Source: a bacterium (GTDB taxonomy: Bacteria; Zixibacteria; MSB-5A5; CAIYYT01). From it: 64,000 bases of DNA. The stretch lies in assembly GCA_016708315.1 (NCBI GenBank), contig JADJGC010000004.1, positions 74,159-138,158 on the forward strand. The letters run 5' to 3'. A model generated the notes under the pieces. It did not search any database, was not told the origin of the DNA, and worked only from the letters and a program-made list of their open reading frames with translations. Made by a program: the position numbers and the translations under genes. Every line of letters starts with the position of its first letter. The first letter of the stretch is position 1. Shown in pieces: positions 42,880-51,549 of the stretch.

Positions 42880-42913
42880 TAAGTTGTTAGCGTCTTATCA
42901 ATTACAAATTCAA

Positions 42914-43498
42914 TTATCGACGCTGAAATAGTCCTGCCAACTGGTTGATCGTTCCACCCAAGACAACCATCCACTTGTCACCCGACTTGCGCGCTGAAAC
43001 GACGTCAGTGGAAGCTTCCGCATCAGTGGCCTGCAACTTCATGTGAAACACATGGTGCCGCAATTCTTTACCCTCGTCAACCGACCCTACAAATTGTACT
43101 TCTGCACCGGCGATCATCATCGAAATCTGAGGAGCCAGGCTGGTAATCCAATTCATCGTGCTTGAGTAGAACTCCAGCGAGTCCTTTGAAGTAATTCCAT
43201 CCCAATCGGTCGCACCAGCAAAGAACGGCAGAAGCGGATCCGCCGGATTGCCTGCGTTCTTGATGTTGGTAAGCAACGGCACCAGCGTACCCTTGAACTT
43301 GCCCAGCTCCGCCGGATGAACCGTGAGCCCACAGGCTTTCCAGTCGCCAGCACGAGCTGCGTCAAAGTACTGTTTCACGATTTGTTCGGAATTGTCGCTC
43401 GCCGTTTGACCGCAAGCGATGCCGGCGACCAATCCAAATACTAACAGTGCGCCGAGCAGTCTCTTACCCCAAGACCGATGAGCTTTGTTGAATGTCAC
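42914..43498 (-). CDS. Small secreted or lipoprotein (DUF4878-like); paralog of 11491..12090
   Basis: 194 aa. Signal peptide and lipobox-like AGIACGQ. Same architecture as the 11491 ORF. Confidence 0.45.
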   Translation of the reverse strand: MTFNKAHRSWGKRLLGALLVFGLVAGIACGQTASDNSEQIVKQYFDAARAGDWKACGLTVHPAELGKFKGTLVPLLTNIKNAGNPADPLLPFFAGATDWDGITSKDSLEFYSSTMNWITSLAPQISMMIAGAEVQFVGSVDEGKELRHHVFHMKLQATDAEASTDVVSARKSGDKWMVVLGGTINQLAGLFQRR

Positions 43499-43679
43499 GT
43501 TTACTCCTTATTTGATTGAATAGCATGCTTTAGGGGAGGGAATATATAAATTATTCTTGCCAGAGTAACTGAAATCTGCCCAAAACTGAATTTCCTGAGC
43601 CCACGTCCGATTGTCGAAGGCGCTGACGACTCAGGATTCCGGCAACTGGCACGCTCTTGGAATGGCTCGCGGTTAGTGG

Positions 43680-44687
43680 CTATTTCTCTTTTACGTCGAC
43701 CAACAGCTTGTCAATAATCTGCAATGCATCGACGCCATCAGCCTCCGCATTGAACGACGTCACAATTCGGTGGCGCAGGACCGGTTTGGCAACGTATTGG
43801 ACATCCTCAATTGACGGCGTGTATCGGCCGCTCAAAATGGCGTTGGTCTTGGCGCCCAAGATCAGGTACTGCGAAGCACGTGGGCCAGCACCCCAGGTTA
43901 CCCAATTCGCGATGTAATCGCGGACTTGGCCTTCGGTGCGGCGTGTGGCACGAACTAACTTTATCGCATAATCAATGACATGATCCGATACCGGCACTTT
44001 GCGCACTAATTGCTGAAGTTGCTGAATTTCGCTCCCGCTCATGATCTTGCCGACATCCTGACGCATCACCGCAGTTGTCGATTTAACTATGGCGTGCTCT
44101 TCCTCGTACGAAGGATAGTCAACGTGGATATTGAACATGAAGCGGTCAAGCTGTGCTTCCGGCAGCGGATAAGTACCTTCTTGCTCGATCGGATTCTGCG
44201 TTGCCAACACAAAGAACGGCTCATCCAACTTAAATGTATGGCCCGATGCTGTCACTTCGTGCTCTTGCATTGCCTGAAGCAACGCCGCCTGTGTTTTGGG
44301 AGGCGTACGGTTTATCTCGTCAGCAAGAACGATGTTGGCGAAAACCGGCCCTTTCACAAACTTAAATTCGCGCTGACCGGTCGACTTGTTTTCTTCCAAT
44401 ATTTCAGTGCCGGTTATGTCGGATGGCATTAGGTCAGGCGTGAACTGGATACGCGAGAACTTCAGATCAAGCACGCGAGCAAGAGTTGAAATCAGGAGTG
44501 TTTTTGCCAGTCCCGGAACTCCCACTAAGAGGCAATGCCCGTTGGAAAGCAAGGCGATCAATAGCTCATCAACGACACGATCCTGTCCGATAATGACCTT
44601 GCCGATCTCCGCCTTGATTCTCGTCCGCGCGTCCTTGAGCTTTTCTACCGCCTGTAAATCTGCGGACTCTTTGATCTGATCTGCCAT
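43680..44687 (-). CDS. MoxR-family AAA+ ATPase
   Basis: Walker A GVPGLAKT, Walker B VLADEINR, a sensor region, and 335 aa length. Confidence 0.9.
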   Translation of the reverse strand: MADQIKESADLQAVEKLKDARTRIKAEIGKVIIGQDRVVDELLIALLSNGHCLLVGVPGLAKTLLISTLARVLDLKFSRIQFTPDLMPSDITGTEILEENKSTGQREFKFVKGPVFANIVLADEINRTPPKTQAALLQAMQEHEVTASGHTFKLDEPFFVLATQNPIEQEGTYPLPEAQLDRFMFNIHVDYPSYEEEHAIVKSTTAVMRQDVGKIMSGSEIQQLQQLVRKVPVSDHVIDYAIKLVRATRRTEGQVRDYIANWVTWGAGPRASQYLILGAKTNAILSGRYTPSIEDVQYVAKPVLRHRIVTSFNAEADGVDALQIIDKLLVDVKEK

Positions 44688-44845
44688 TTATTCCTCCGAA
44701 CAATACCGTCTAATTGTGGGACTTGGAACGTTCTGTGGAATCCCGTTGGAGCAATGAAGAAGCTGGGGGAAACCAACTGCGCAAGTCGCAAGCGTCATAA
44801 CCGCTTATACGGACAAATGACGCGCCTGACCAAATTTGTTTTCAG

Positions 44846-45550
44846 CTATTTAGAATAATTCACTGCCGTGGTTTTGTCAACCAGGCGCGATGTGAGAACT
44901 GCGTCGCGAGATATCTGCAACGAGTAACTGAAATTGCCGTCGGTGACGATCGGCTGAGAGAAGCGAAGATCCAGCATCCCGGGAAAGGTCGACCCGATAG
45001 CGTTCACCAGCCAGATGAACCCTGACTGTCCGCCGTTGAGTTCGTGATTTGGAAGTCTGGTCAGAGTCAAAACGGTATCGTCCGGCCCGTGGAGATAGTA
45101 TATGCCATTCATTCGATAACAGTCCACCAATCCGAGTACCTGGCAGACCTTCTTCCAGCGAACGACTTCGACTCCAATAGCAATGCTGTCCGCTGTGAAC
45201 GGCACCATTTCCGAGGTTTCCAGACTATTCTGATCGGTTGATTTTACCACCATGCGCGGCTGCTTGAATTCTTCATAGATGAATCCAATGTTTGCCATGG
45301 GAGGATTTTCGCCGAAAGGTGTGAAGCGACTGACTTCGGCGTTGAACCAATAGCAGCCCTGAGCTACAACTATCAAGAGAATTCCGGCGGCGGAGAGAAT
45401 CCACGGTCGTGCTGAGCGCTTGCTGCGGAAGTAAACGGACGTGGTGATATTGTCTTTGAGTCGGCGAGCTATCGAAACAAACACAAATAGTAGGCATGCC
45501 AGCCCACTGAAGAACAAAACTGTCCCAGCTACAAGGAAGAATGTGCCCAA
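44846..45550 (-). CDS. Hypothetical membrane protein (2 N-terminal TM helices)
   Basis: 234 aa ORF. No recognisable domain. Confidence 0.4.
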   Translation of the reverse strand: MGTFFLVAGTVLFFSGLACLLFVFVSIARRLKDNITTSVYFRSKRSARPWILSAAGILLIVVAQGCYWFNAEVSRFTPFGENPPMANIGFIYEEFKQPRMVVKSTDQNSLETSEMVPFTADSIAIGVEVVRWKKVCQVLGLVDCYRMNGIYYLHGPDDTVLTLTRLPNHELNGGQSGFIWLVNAIGSTFPGMLDLRFSQPIVTDGNFSYSLQISRDAVLTSRLVDKTTAVNYSK

Positions 45551-45596
45551 AGTGAGTCCGCCTTATTAAATACTAAACAATCTCAAATCAAGCTCT

Positions 45597-45605
45597 TGTG
45601 GATAA
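45597..45605. promoter_or_regulatory. Perfect DnaA box TGTGGATAA
   Basis: Exact 9-mer consensus within an AT-rich 167 bp intergenic region. Confidence 0.5.
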
Positions 45606-45686
45606 CCCTTAAATCGTCCTGTTAAGTCCAGACTACATCACGTTGCTCATCAATGCGTTACGGCAATTTCCACATTGTTGTTTAAG

Positions 45687-45695
45687 TTATCCACA
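45687..45695. promoter_or_regulatory. Perfect DnaA box TTATCCACA (inverted relative to 45597), plus a 7/9 box ATTTCCACA at 45666-45674
   Basis: Exact consensus 9-mer. A third near-match lies 13 bp upstream. Confidence 0.5.
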
Positions 45696-45717
45696 AAGGC
45701 GTACTGTTACAACTCGG

Positions 45718-46098
45718 TTAGAGCTGTGGCTTCTTATCTACCATTTTATTATCGGGTTTTTGTTCGAATTCTTTTAGGCCTTTCATCTGACAGGAGCCAT
45801 GAAATATCGCGCCTTGCTCGATTACGATGCTTTTTGTCACTAAGTCGCCAACTACCTTGGCTTTAGCCTGCATTTCGGTTTTTTCTGATGAATGGATGTT
45901 TCCGACAACGGTACCGGCAACAACGACAACTTTGGCTTCAATGTCTGCCTCAACCTCGCCGGTGGCGCCAATCGAGACTGTTTCATCCGATACTACCTTG
46001 CCTTTTAACTTGCCATCGACGCGAAGTGTGCCCTTGACTTCCAATGTGCCTGTGAAAACACTATCTTTTCCGATGATGGTGCTCAGATTTTCTGCCAT
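45718..46098 (-). CDS. Bactofilin (polymer-forming cytoskeletal protein, CcmA family)
   Basis: Repetitive beta-helical DUF583-type sequence (GTLEVKGTLRVDGKLKGKVVSDETVSIGATGEVEADIEAKVVVVAGTVVGNIHSSEK). Start at the ATG at 46098; the upstream ORF extension overlaps the M23 gene. Confidence 0.7.
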   Translation of the reverse strand: MAENLSTIIGKDSVFTGTLEVKGTLRVDGKLKGKVVSDETVSIGATGEVEADIEAKVVVVAGTVVGNIHSSEKTEMQAKAKVVGDLVTKSIVIEQGAIFHGSCQMKGLKEFEQKPDNKMVDKKPQL

Positions 46099-46111
46099 CG
46101 CATCTTCTCCT

Positions 46112-46936
46112 TTAATGAGATTGGGAATTATTGTTTTTACCATAATATTCTTCCGGATCCACCGGTAAACCGTCAACTCGCACTTCATAGTGGACGTGCG
46201 GCGCCGTGCTGACTCCAGTACTGCCCGACAATGCAATCGTCTGGCCGTATCGCACTTGTTGACCGGTTGCTACCAGTAATGTGTCGTTGTGTCCATACAT
46301 TGTTTCGACACTATTTTGATGTTTCAATACTACCTTCCAGCCGAAAGCGTCGTCCCATCCGGCAAAAGCGACTTCGCCATCTGCAGTTGCCATTACGCGA
46401 GTTCCGCGTTTGACCGCTAAGTCAATACCGAGGTGTCGCGTCTTAGGATTGTCCGCCGTGGGCCGAAACGTACGCGAGACAAAACCCTGTACTGGCAATC
46501 CCTTCGGCGTGCCGACAGGTCCTTGGAAAGTATCTACTGGATCCGTAATCAGAGTCGGTTCCTGAACCATGGTGGTTGAATCAGTGATAATGGCCCCAAC
46601 TTCCGGTGCCTCCATGCCATACTGTGCCAAATCGATTCCTGCCAAAGTCGCAACTTGCCCAAGCATATTGCGATAAACTTGCAGATTGCTTTCCAGCAAG
46701 ACGATCTTTGAATTCAGCCGGCGCAATTCTTCATTCTCCCGCACCAGCTCCTCGCGTTCATTGGAATGGATGATCAGCCTCGCATAAGTAAACGTTCCTA
46801 TTATCGAGACAACAACCAGCAATCCGACAACACCCAATACTATGTAATAGAGAAGTCGGGTAAACTTGATCGTTACCGGTTGTTTGCCGGTCTCGAATAT
46901 CAACATCAATGTAATTTGTTGTCCAAGACTTGACAT
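46112..46936 (-). CDS. M23-family metallopeptidase (LytM domain) with an N-terminal TM/coiled-coil
   Basis: HLGIDLAV...D at ...GHNDTLLV...GSTGVSTAPHVHYEV, which covers the HxxxD and HxH zinc motifs. Confidence 0.85.
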   Translation of the reverse strand: MSSLGQQITLMLIFETGKQPVTIKFTRLLYYIVLGVVGLLVVVSIIGTFTYARLIIHSNEREELVRENEELRRLNSKIVLLESNLQVYRNMLGQVATLAGIDLAQYGMEAPEVGAIITDSTTMVQEPTLITDPVDTFQGPVGTPKGLPVQGFVSRTFRPTADNPKTRHLGIDLAVKRGTRVMATADGEVAFAGWDDAFGWKVVLKHQNSVETMYGHNDTLLVATGQQVRYGQTIALSGSTGVSTAPHVHYEVRVDGLPVDPEEYYGKNNNSQSH

Positions 46937-47821
46937 TTATAGTTCTACCCCTAACAACTCAAGAATGCGCGTTAAATCCGAATCTCCGTAAAATTGTATC
47001 GATATTTTTCCGCGCTTGAGCCCGCGCTGTATTGTCACCGCTGTTCCCAATCTCCGTTTAAGCGCAGTTTCAGCCTGCGAAATCTCAATGGGGCGCGTCT
47101 TAAGCTTCAAGCTTCTGCCGCGTTTCTTGCGCTGGCCGCCATAGATGATTTCCTCGATTGCGCGTACCGTGAGATCCTCTTCTATGATCTTACGAGCCAA
47201 CTCCAGCTGCTCTTTTTCATCTTCCAGTGCCAGAATCGCTCGAGCGTGCCCTTCTTTCAACTGTCCTGCAGCAATCTTCTCTTTGACTTCAGGCGGCAGA
47301 TTTAGAAGCCGCAGGGTATTGGCAACTGATGATCGGTCCTTACCGACGCGAGTTGACAACTCCGATTGCGTCAGGTTGAATTCATTGACCAGTCGTTGAT
47401 AACCTTCCGCCAATTCCAGCGGATTCAAGTCATCTCGCTGGAGATTCTCTACGATCGAGATTTCCAGCATATCGCGGTCGCTCAATTCCTCAACAATGCG
47501 CGCCGGTACCTCGGCCAATCCCAGTCGTTCAGCAGCACGGAAGCGTCGCTCACCGGCAACGATCTGGTATTTTCCTCCGACCGGACGGACAAGAATCGGC
47601 TGGAGTACGCCTTTCTGCGCTATCGAATCTGCCAGCTGACTCAGCTTCTCTTCAGCAAAGAATTTTCGCGGCTGATTCGGATTTGCCACCAGCTGATCCA
47701 ACGAAATCATCTGAAATCTATCGCCATGCTCCGGTTCAACTGCGACCGGGGTCGCGATTGGAACGGCCGGAGCCGTTGGGATCAGTGCCGACAGGCCTTT
47801 TCCCAGCGCCGGTTTTTTCAT
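46937..47821 (-). CDS. parB: Chromosome partitioning protein ParB (Spo0J)
   Basis: ParB box GERRFRAA, an HTH region, and an N-terminal KGLSALIP. Confidence 0.9.
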   Translation of the reverse strand: MKKPALGKGLSALIPTAPAVPIATPVAVEPEHGDRFQMISLDQLVANPNQPRKFFAEEKLSQLADSIAQKGVLQPILVRPVGGKYQIVAGERRFRAAERLGLAEVPARIVEELSDRDMLEISIVENLQRDDLNPLELAEGYQRLVNEFNLTQSELSTRVGKDRSSVANTLRLLNLPPEVKEKIAAGQLKEGHARAILALEDEKEQLELARKIIEEDLTVRAIEEIIYGGQRKKRGRSLKLKTRPIEISQAETALKRRLGTAVTIQRGLKRGKISIQFYGDSDLTRILELLGVEL

Positions 47822-48576
47822 ATCCGTAAGACCTCCTCCGTCAGCGAGATGTAGTTCTCTGCACCGGTCGAACCAATATCGTATAGGATAATCGGTTTTC
47901 CGAATGAAGGTGCCTCGCCCAGGCGGACATTGCGGTTAATTATCGTAGTAAAGACTTTGTCTTTGAAATGATTACGCGTTTCTTCCATCACTTGTCGAGC
48001 CAGGTTGAGGCGCGGATCGAACATCGTGATCAAGATTCCACCAATCGTCAGTTTCTGATTCAGGTTCTGCTGCACCAATCCGATTGTGTTGATCAACTGG
48101 CTCAGCCCCTCGAGTGCATAATACTCCGCCTGAATCGGAATCAACAAATGGTCGGCCGCCACCAATGCATTTAATGTTAGGAGTCCTAATGATGGTGGGC
48201 AGTCAATTACAATATAGTCGTAATAGTCCCTGATTGCGGATAGCTTGTCGCGCAGAATCGTCTCGCGATTGTTGCGCTCCACCATCTCCAGCTCTGCGGC
48301 CACCAGATTGATGTTCGCAGGGATGATGTCGAGATACTTGATGTTGGTCTTGAGCACGACCTCTTCAACACTCTTGTTGTCGCTAAGTAGATCATAGACT
48401 GAGACCGCCAGATTCTTCTTGTCGATACCCATTCCCGAAGTCGCATTGGATTGCGGGTCAAGATCGACAAGCAGAGTCGACTTTTCGGCAATGGCAATAC
48501 AAGCAGAAAGATTGATGGCTGTGGTCGTTTTGCCCACTCCACCTTTTTGATTGACAACTGCGAAGATCTTGGCCAG
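47818..48576 (-). CDS. parA: Chromosome partitioning ATPase ParA (Soj)
   Basis: The deviant Walker A NQKGGVGKTTT lies upstream of the first in-frame ATG/GTG. The only plausible start is a CTG at 48576..48574 with a GGAGG 5 nt upstream, giving MAKIFAVVNQKGGVGKTT... The start confidence is lower than the gene confidence. Confidence 0.85.
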   Translation of the reverse strand: MAKIFAVVNQKGGVGKTTTAINLSACIAIAEKSTLLVDLDPQSNATSGMGIDKKNLAVSVYDLLSDNKSVEEVVLKTNIKYLDIIPANINLVAAELEMVERNNRETILRDKLSAIRDYYDYIVIDCPPSLGLLTLNALVAADHLLIPIQAEYYALEGLSQLINTIGLVQQNLNQKLTIGGILITMFDPRLNLARQVMEETRNHFKDKVFTTIINRNVRLGEAPSFGKPIILYDIGSTGAENYISLTEEVLRI

Positions 48577-48669
48577 AAATCCCTCCTGAGTACGCGAATC
48601 CGTTCGAAAGGCTAATCTATGATTCTACCGCAATTTCGCAATAGAAACTTCTGGATTTGATCGATTAAA

Positions 48670-49290
48670 TCAGATTTTCTTGAGAGTGATGAGGTTTGAA
48701 ATGCGCCCAGAAGACGAACTCTGATATTCCTGGGAGTTCTCGATTTTAAATCCAGCGTACTCGGAGCTTGCGGCTTCGCCCGCGATGCGAGGAAGGATGA
48801 GCTTACCTGAAGGCTTGATATGTGGCAATGCCAGCGCGCAGATCAGTTCCAGCGAGCCAAAGGCCTTGGCAATTGCAAAATCGCATCCAATTGGAGCTAC
48901 CTCCTCAACCCGTTTCCAAAGGAACTGACAGTCAGTGAATCCGAGTCTGCGAGCGGCGCTCTTCTGGAATTCGATTTTTCGCTGGTTGGAATCAACAGTC
49001 ACGATCCGTAGGTCGGGACGGACGATTTTGTGAATGATCCAAGGGAATCCGGCGCCTGAGCCGATGTCGAGCAACAATGCTCCTTCGGGATACTCGATCA
49101 GTGGCAGCATTGCCAGTGAATCATAGATGAGATCCCCAATGACGAACTCGGTCTTATTTCTGGAGACTAAATTGACGTGCTGGTTGACTTCGATGAGGTA
49201 GTCTCGGAAAATCACAATCTGCGACTCGACTGCCGCATTCCCGAGTGAGAGTAGCTTCAGAAGGTCAGAGTATGCGTGGCGGGGGCTCAT
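48670..49290 (-). CDS. rsmG: 16S rRNA (guanine527-N7)-methyltransferase
   Basis: SAM motif LDIGSGAGFP. The ATG overlaps the mnmG stop (ATGA). Confidence 0.85.
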   Translation of the reverse strand: MSPRHAYSDLLKLLSLGNAAVESQIVIFRDYLIEVNQHVNLVSRNKTEFVIGDLIYDSLAMLPLIEYPEGALLLDIGSGAGFPWIIHKIVRPDLRIVTVDSNQRKIEFQKSAARRLGFTDCQFLWKRVEEVAPIGCDFAIAKAFGSLELICALALPHIKPSGKLILPRIAGEAASSEYAGFKIENSQEYQSSSSGRISNLITLKKI

Positions 49291-51150
49291 CAATTTGTTT
49301 CACGTGAAACACTGCCGGCATAGTGACGCTTTAAGTGAATCATCAACACGGTGATATCGGAGAATGTAATGCCGTTTAAACGCGATGCCTGCCCCAAGTT
49401 TATTGGCCGATACTGCTTCAAAACTGCGATTGCCTCCTTTTTCAAGCCTGAAAGCGCCTCAAGATTGAAATCATCTGGAATCTTCCGCGATTCAAGCTGG
49501 CGGAAACGGTCAATCTCTCGCTGTTGTTTTTCCATGTAGCCGGCGTATTTTATGAATATCTCGAGCCGTTCTCCAAGTCGTACCGGAAACGCTCCGCACT
49601 CCTCATCAACTTTGGCGAGATCGGAATAATTCACATTCGGACGCTTCAGCAAAATCCCCATCGGCAGTTTGTCGCCGTTGGCGTCGGGATCTACAAGGGA
49701 AGCCGAAATCGACGTCTTGTGCAGCCGTTTGTGCTCCAGATCAAGCATGTCACGATCGCCAAGATAGCGCTCCATCATAGCGTCAGTGACCAAGCCAAAG
49801 CTCCGTCCAATTGAAATCAAACGGTCGTACGCATTGTCTTCCCGCAACGCCAACCTGTATTCAGCTCTTGAAGTGAACATCCGGTATGGTTCCATGGTAC
49901 ACTCTTGTAACCAGATCATCAATCATCACTCCAATATAGGCTTGCGCGCGATCTATAATGACCTGAGGATGGTTTCTCAACTTCGCAACAGAGTTGATTC
50001 CGGCAATTAGGCCCTGTGCTGCGGCCTCTTCATATCCCGAAGTCCCATTGATCTGGCCGCAGAAGTACAGATTCTCCAGCACCCGCGTTTCCAACGTTGG
50101 CTTTATTTGAAATGCCGGGAAGAAATCGTACTCGATAGCATAGCCCGGACGCTTCATAATCACATTCTCAAGGCCCGGAATCGAATGAAGTATCTCCAAC
50201 TGGACATCTGCCGGCAGGGAGGTTGACAGCCCATTGATGTATATCTCTGAAGTGTCAAGTCCTTCCGGTTCAATAAACAACTGATGTCGATCCTTGTCTC
50301 GGAATCGATGAATCTTGTCCTCAATCGAAGGGCAGTATCTTGGTCCAATGCCCTGAATATTACCGGAAAACATCGCCGACCGATGGATATTGGCTTCCAC
50401 GATCTTGTGAGTCTCTGCAGTTGTGTAGGTAATGTGGCATTTTACTCGGTTTTGTACCGCTCCTATAGTCCGCAACGAAAACGGCAAGAATTGGTCATCG
50501 CCCGGTTGTGGTTCCATCTTCGAGTAGTCGATCGTATTGCCTTCGAGTCGAGGGGGGGTGCCGGTCTTAAGCCGACCCGGTTTGAATCCCAAACTCTGCA
50601 GCGATTCTGACAGGTGGAGCGAAGGCGCCTCGTTGACTCGCCCGGCAGCGGTTTGCTCTTCGCCGATGTGGATGAGTCCGTTTAGGAATGTGCCGGAGGC
50701 AAGAACGCACGCGGTCCCGGAAATCTCTCTTCCGTCGTTTAATATTACATGACTGAACTTGTTGCCTTCATTGCCAATACCGACAACCATTCCGCCAACA
50801 AGAGTCAGATTCTCAATCTCTAAGAGCACTTCCTGGGCAAACTCACGATACAATTTCCTGTCGCATTGAGCCCGTGATGACCATACTGCTGGTCCCTTGC
50901 TCTTGTTGAGAGTTCGGAAATGAATCCCTGTTCGATCTGTGATATAGCCCATCAGTCCGCCAAGGGCGTCGATCTCGCGCACAAGTTGGCCCTTGCCGAC
51001 TCCGCCGATTGCCGGATTGCACGACATCTCGCCGATTTTGGCCAGATCACCGCTGATCAGTGCCGTGGAAGCGCCCATTCGGGCTGCAGCTGCAGCAGCT
51101 TCAATTCCGGCGTGTCCGCCGCCAATAACTATGACTTCGAAATCCCTCAT
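49290..51150 (-). pseudogene. mnmG: tRNA uridine-5-carboxymethylaminomethyl synthesis enzyme MnmG (GidA), interrupted by a 1-nt insertion
   Basis: N-part 49861..51150 (FAD motif VIGGGHAGIEAA) and C-part 49290..49922 are in different frames. At 49896-49902 the sequence ...aga gtg tac c... would read ...[24 protein letters not shown]... if one base were deleted. Confidence 0.7.
49296..49311. promoter_or_regulatory. parS site, perfect 16-bp consensus TGTTTCACGTGAAACA
   Basis: Exact match to the conserved chromosomal parS palindrome. It lies inside the 3' end of mnmG (codons ...SVSRETN). Confidence 0.8.
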
Positions 51151-51207
51151 GGTAGTTGGAGATAATACGCGGTAAACACACCAAAATCAAGCGGGAACGT
51201 CGCAGGC

Positions 51208-51223
51208 AGTTTCACGTGAAACT
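51208..51223. promoter_or_regulatory. parS site, 14/16 match: aGTTTCACGTGAAACt
   Basis: The 14-bp core palindrome is perfect. It lies in the intergenic region upstream of mnmG. Its flanks are inverted relative to the 49296 copy. Confidence 0.65.
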
Positions 51224-51549
51224 ACCAAGCTTCCGAGGTATCATATCAAATCTTCGCCACATCACAGAATTTGTCAATGCATACAACCATATAATTTGTC
51301 AGGACTTACGCGTCCAAGTCTTGTTTGCGGTCTTTTTCAAGAACGACATAAGTTGGAAGCTACTCCCATAATAGCGAGAGTCACCCACTGAATCTACTGG
51401 TATGCTTCCGGTCGAACTGTCGTTGCTAATTGACAAAAGAGGAGTTTCTGCTTATAATGGATATTCTACTACATTATCATTGGTGTCGACTGGTTTAGTT
51501 GCTCTGGTTTGCACGAAAACTGATCGCGCAAGCCACTGCAGAATAACAA

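Noticed and set aside
51151-51549. mnmG upstream intergenic region as oriC
   Set aside because: It contains a parS-like site but no good DnaA boxes (best matches 6-7/9). The region at 45551..45717 with two perfect boxes is the better candidate.
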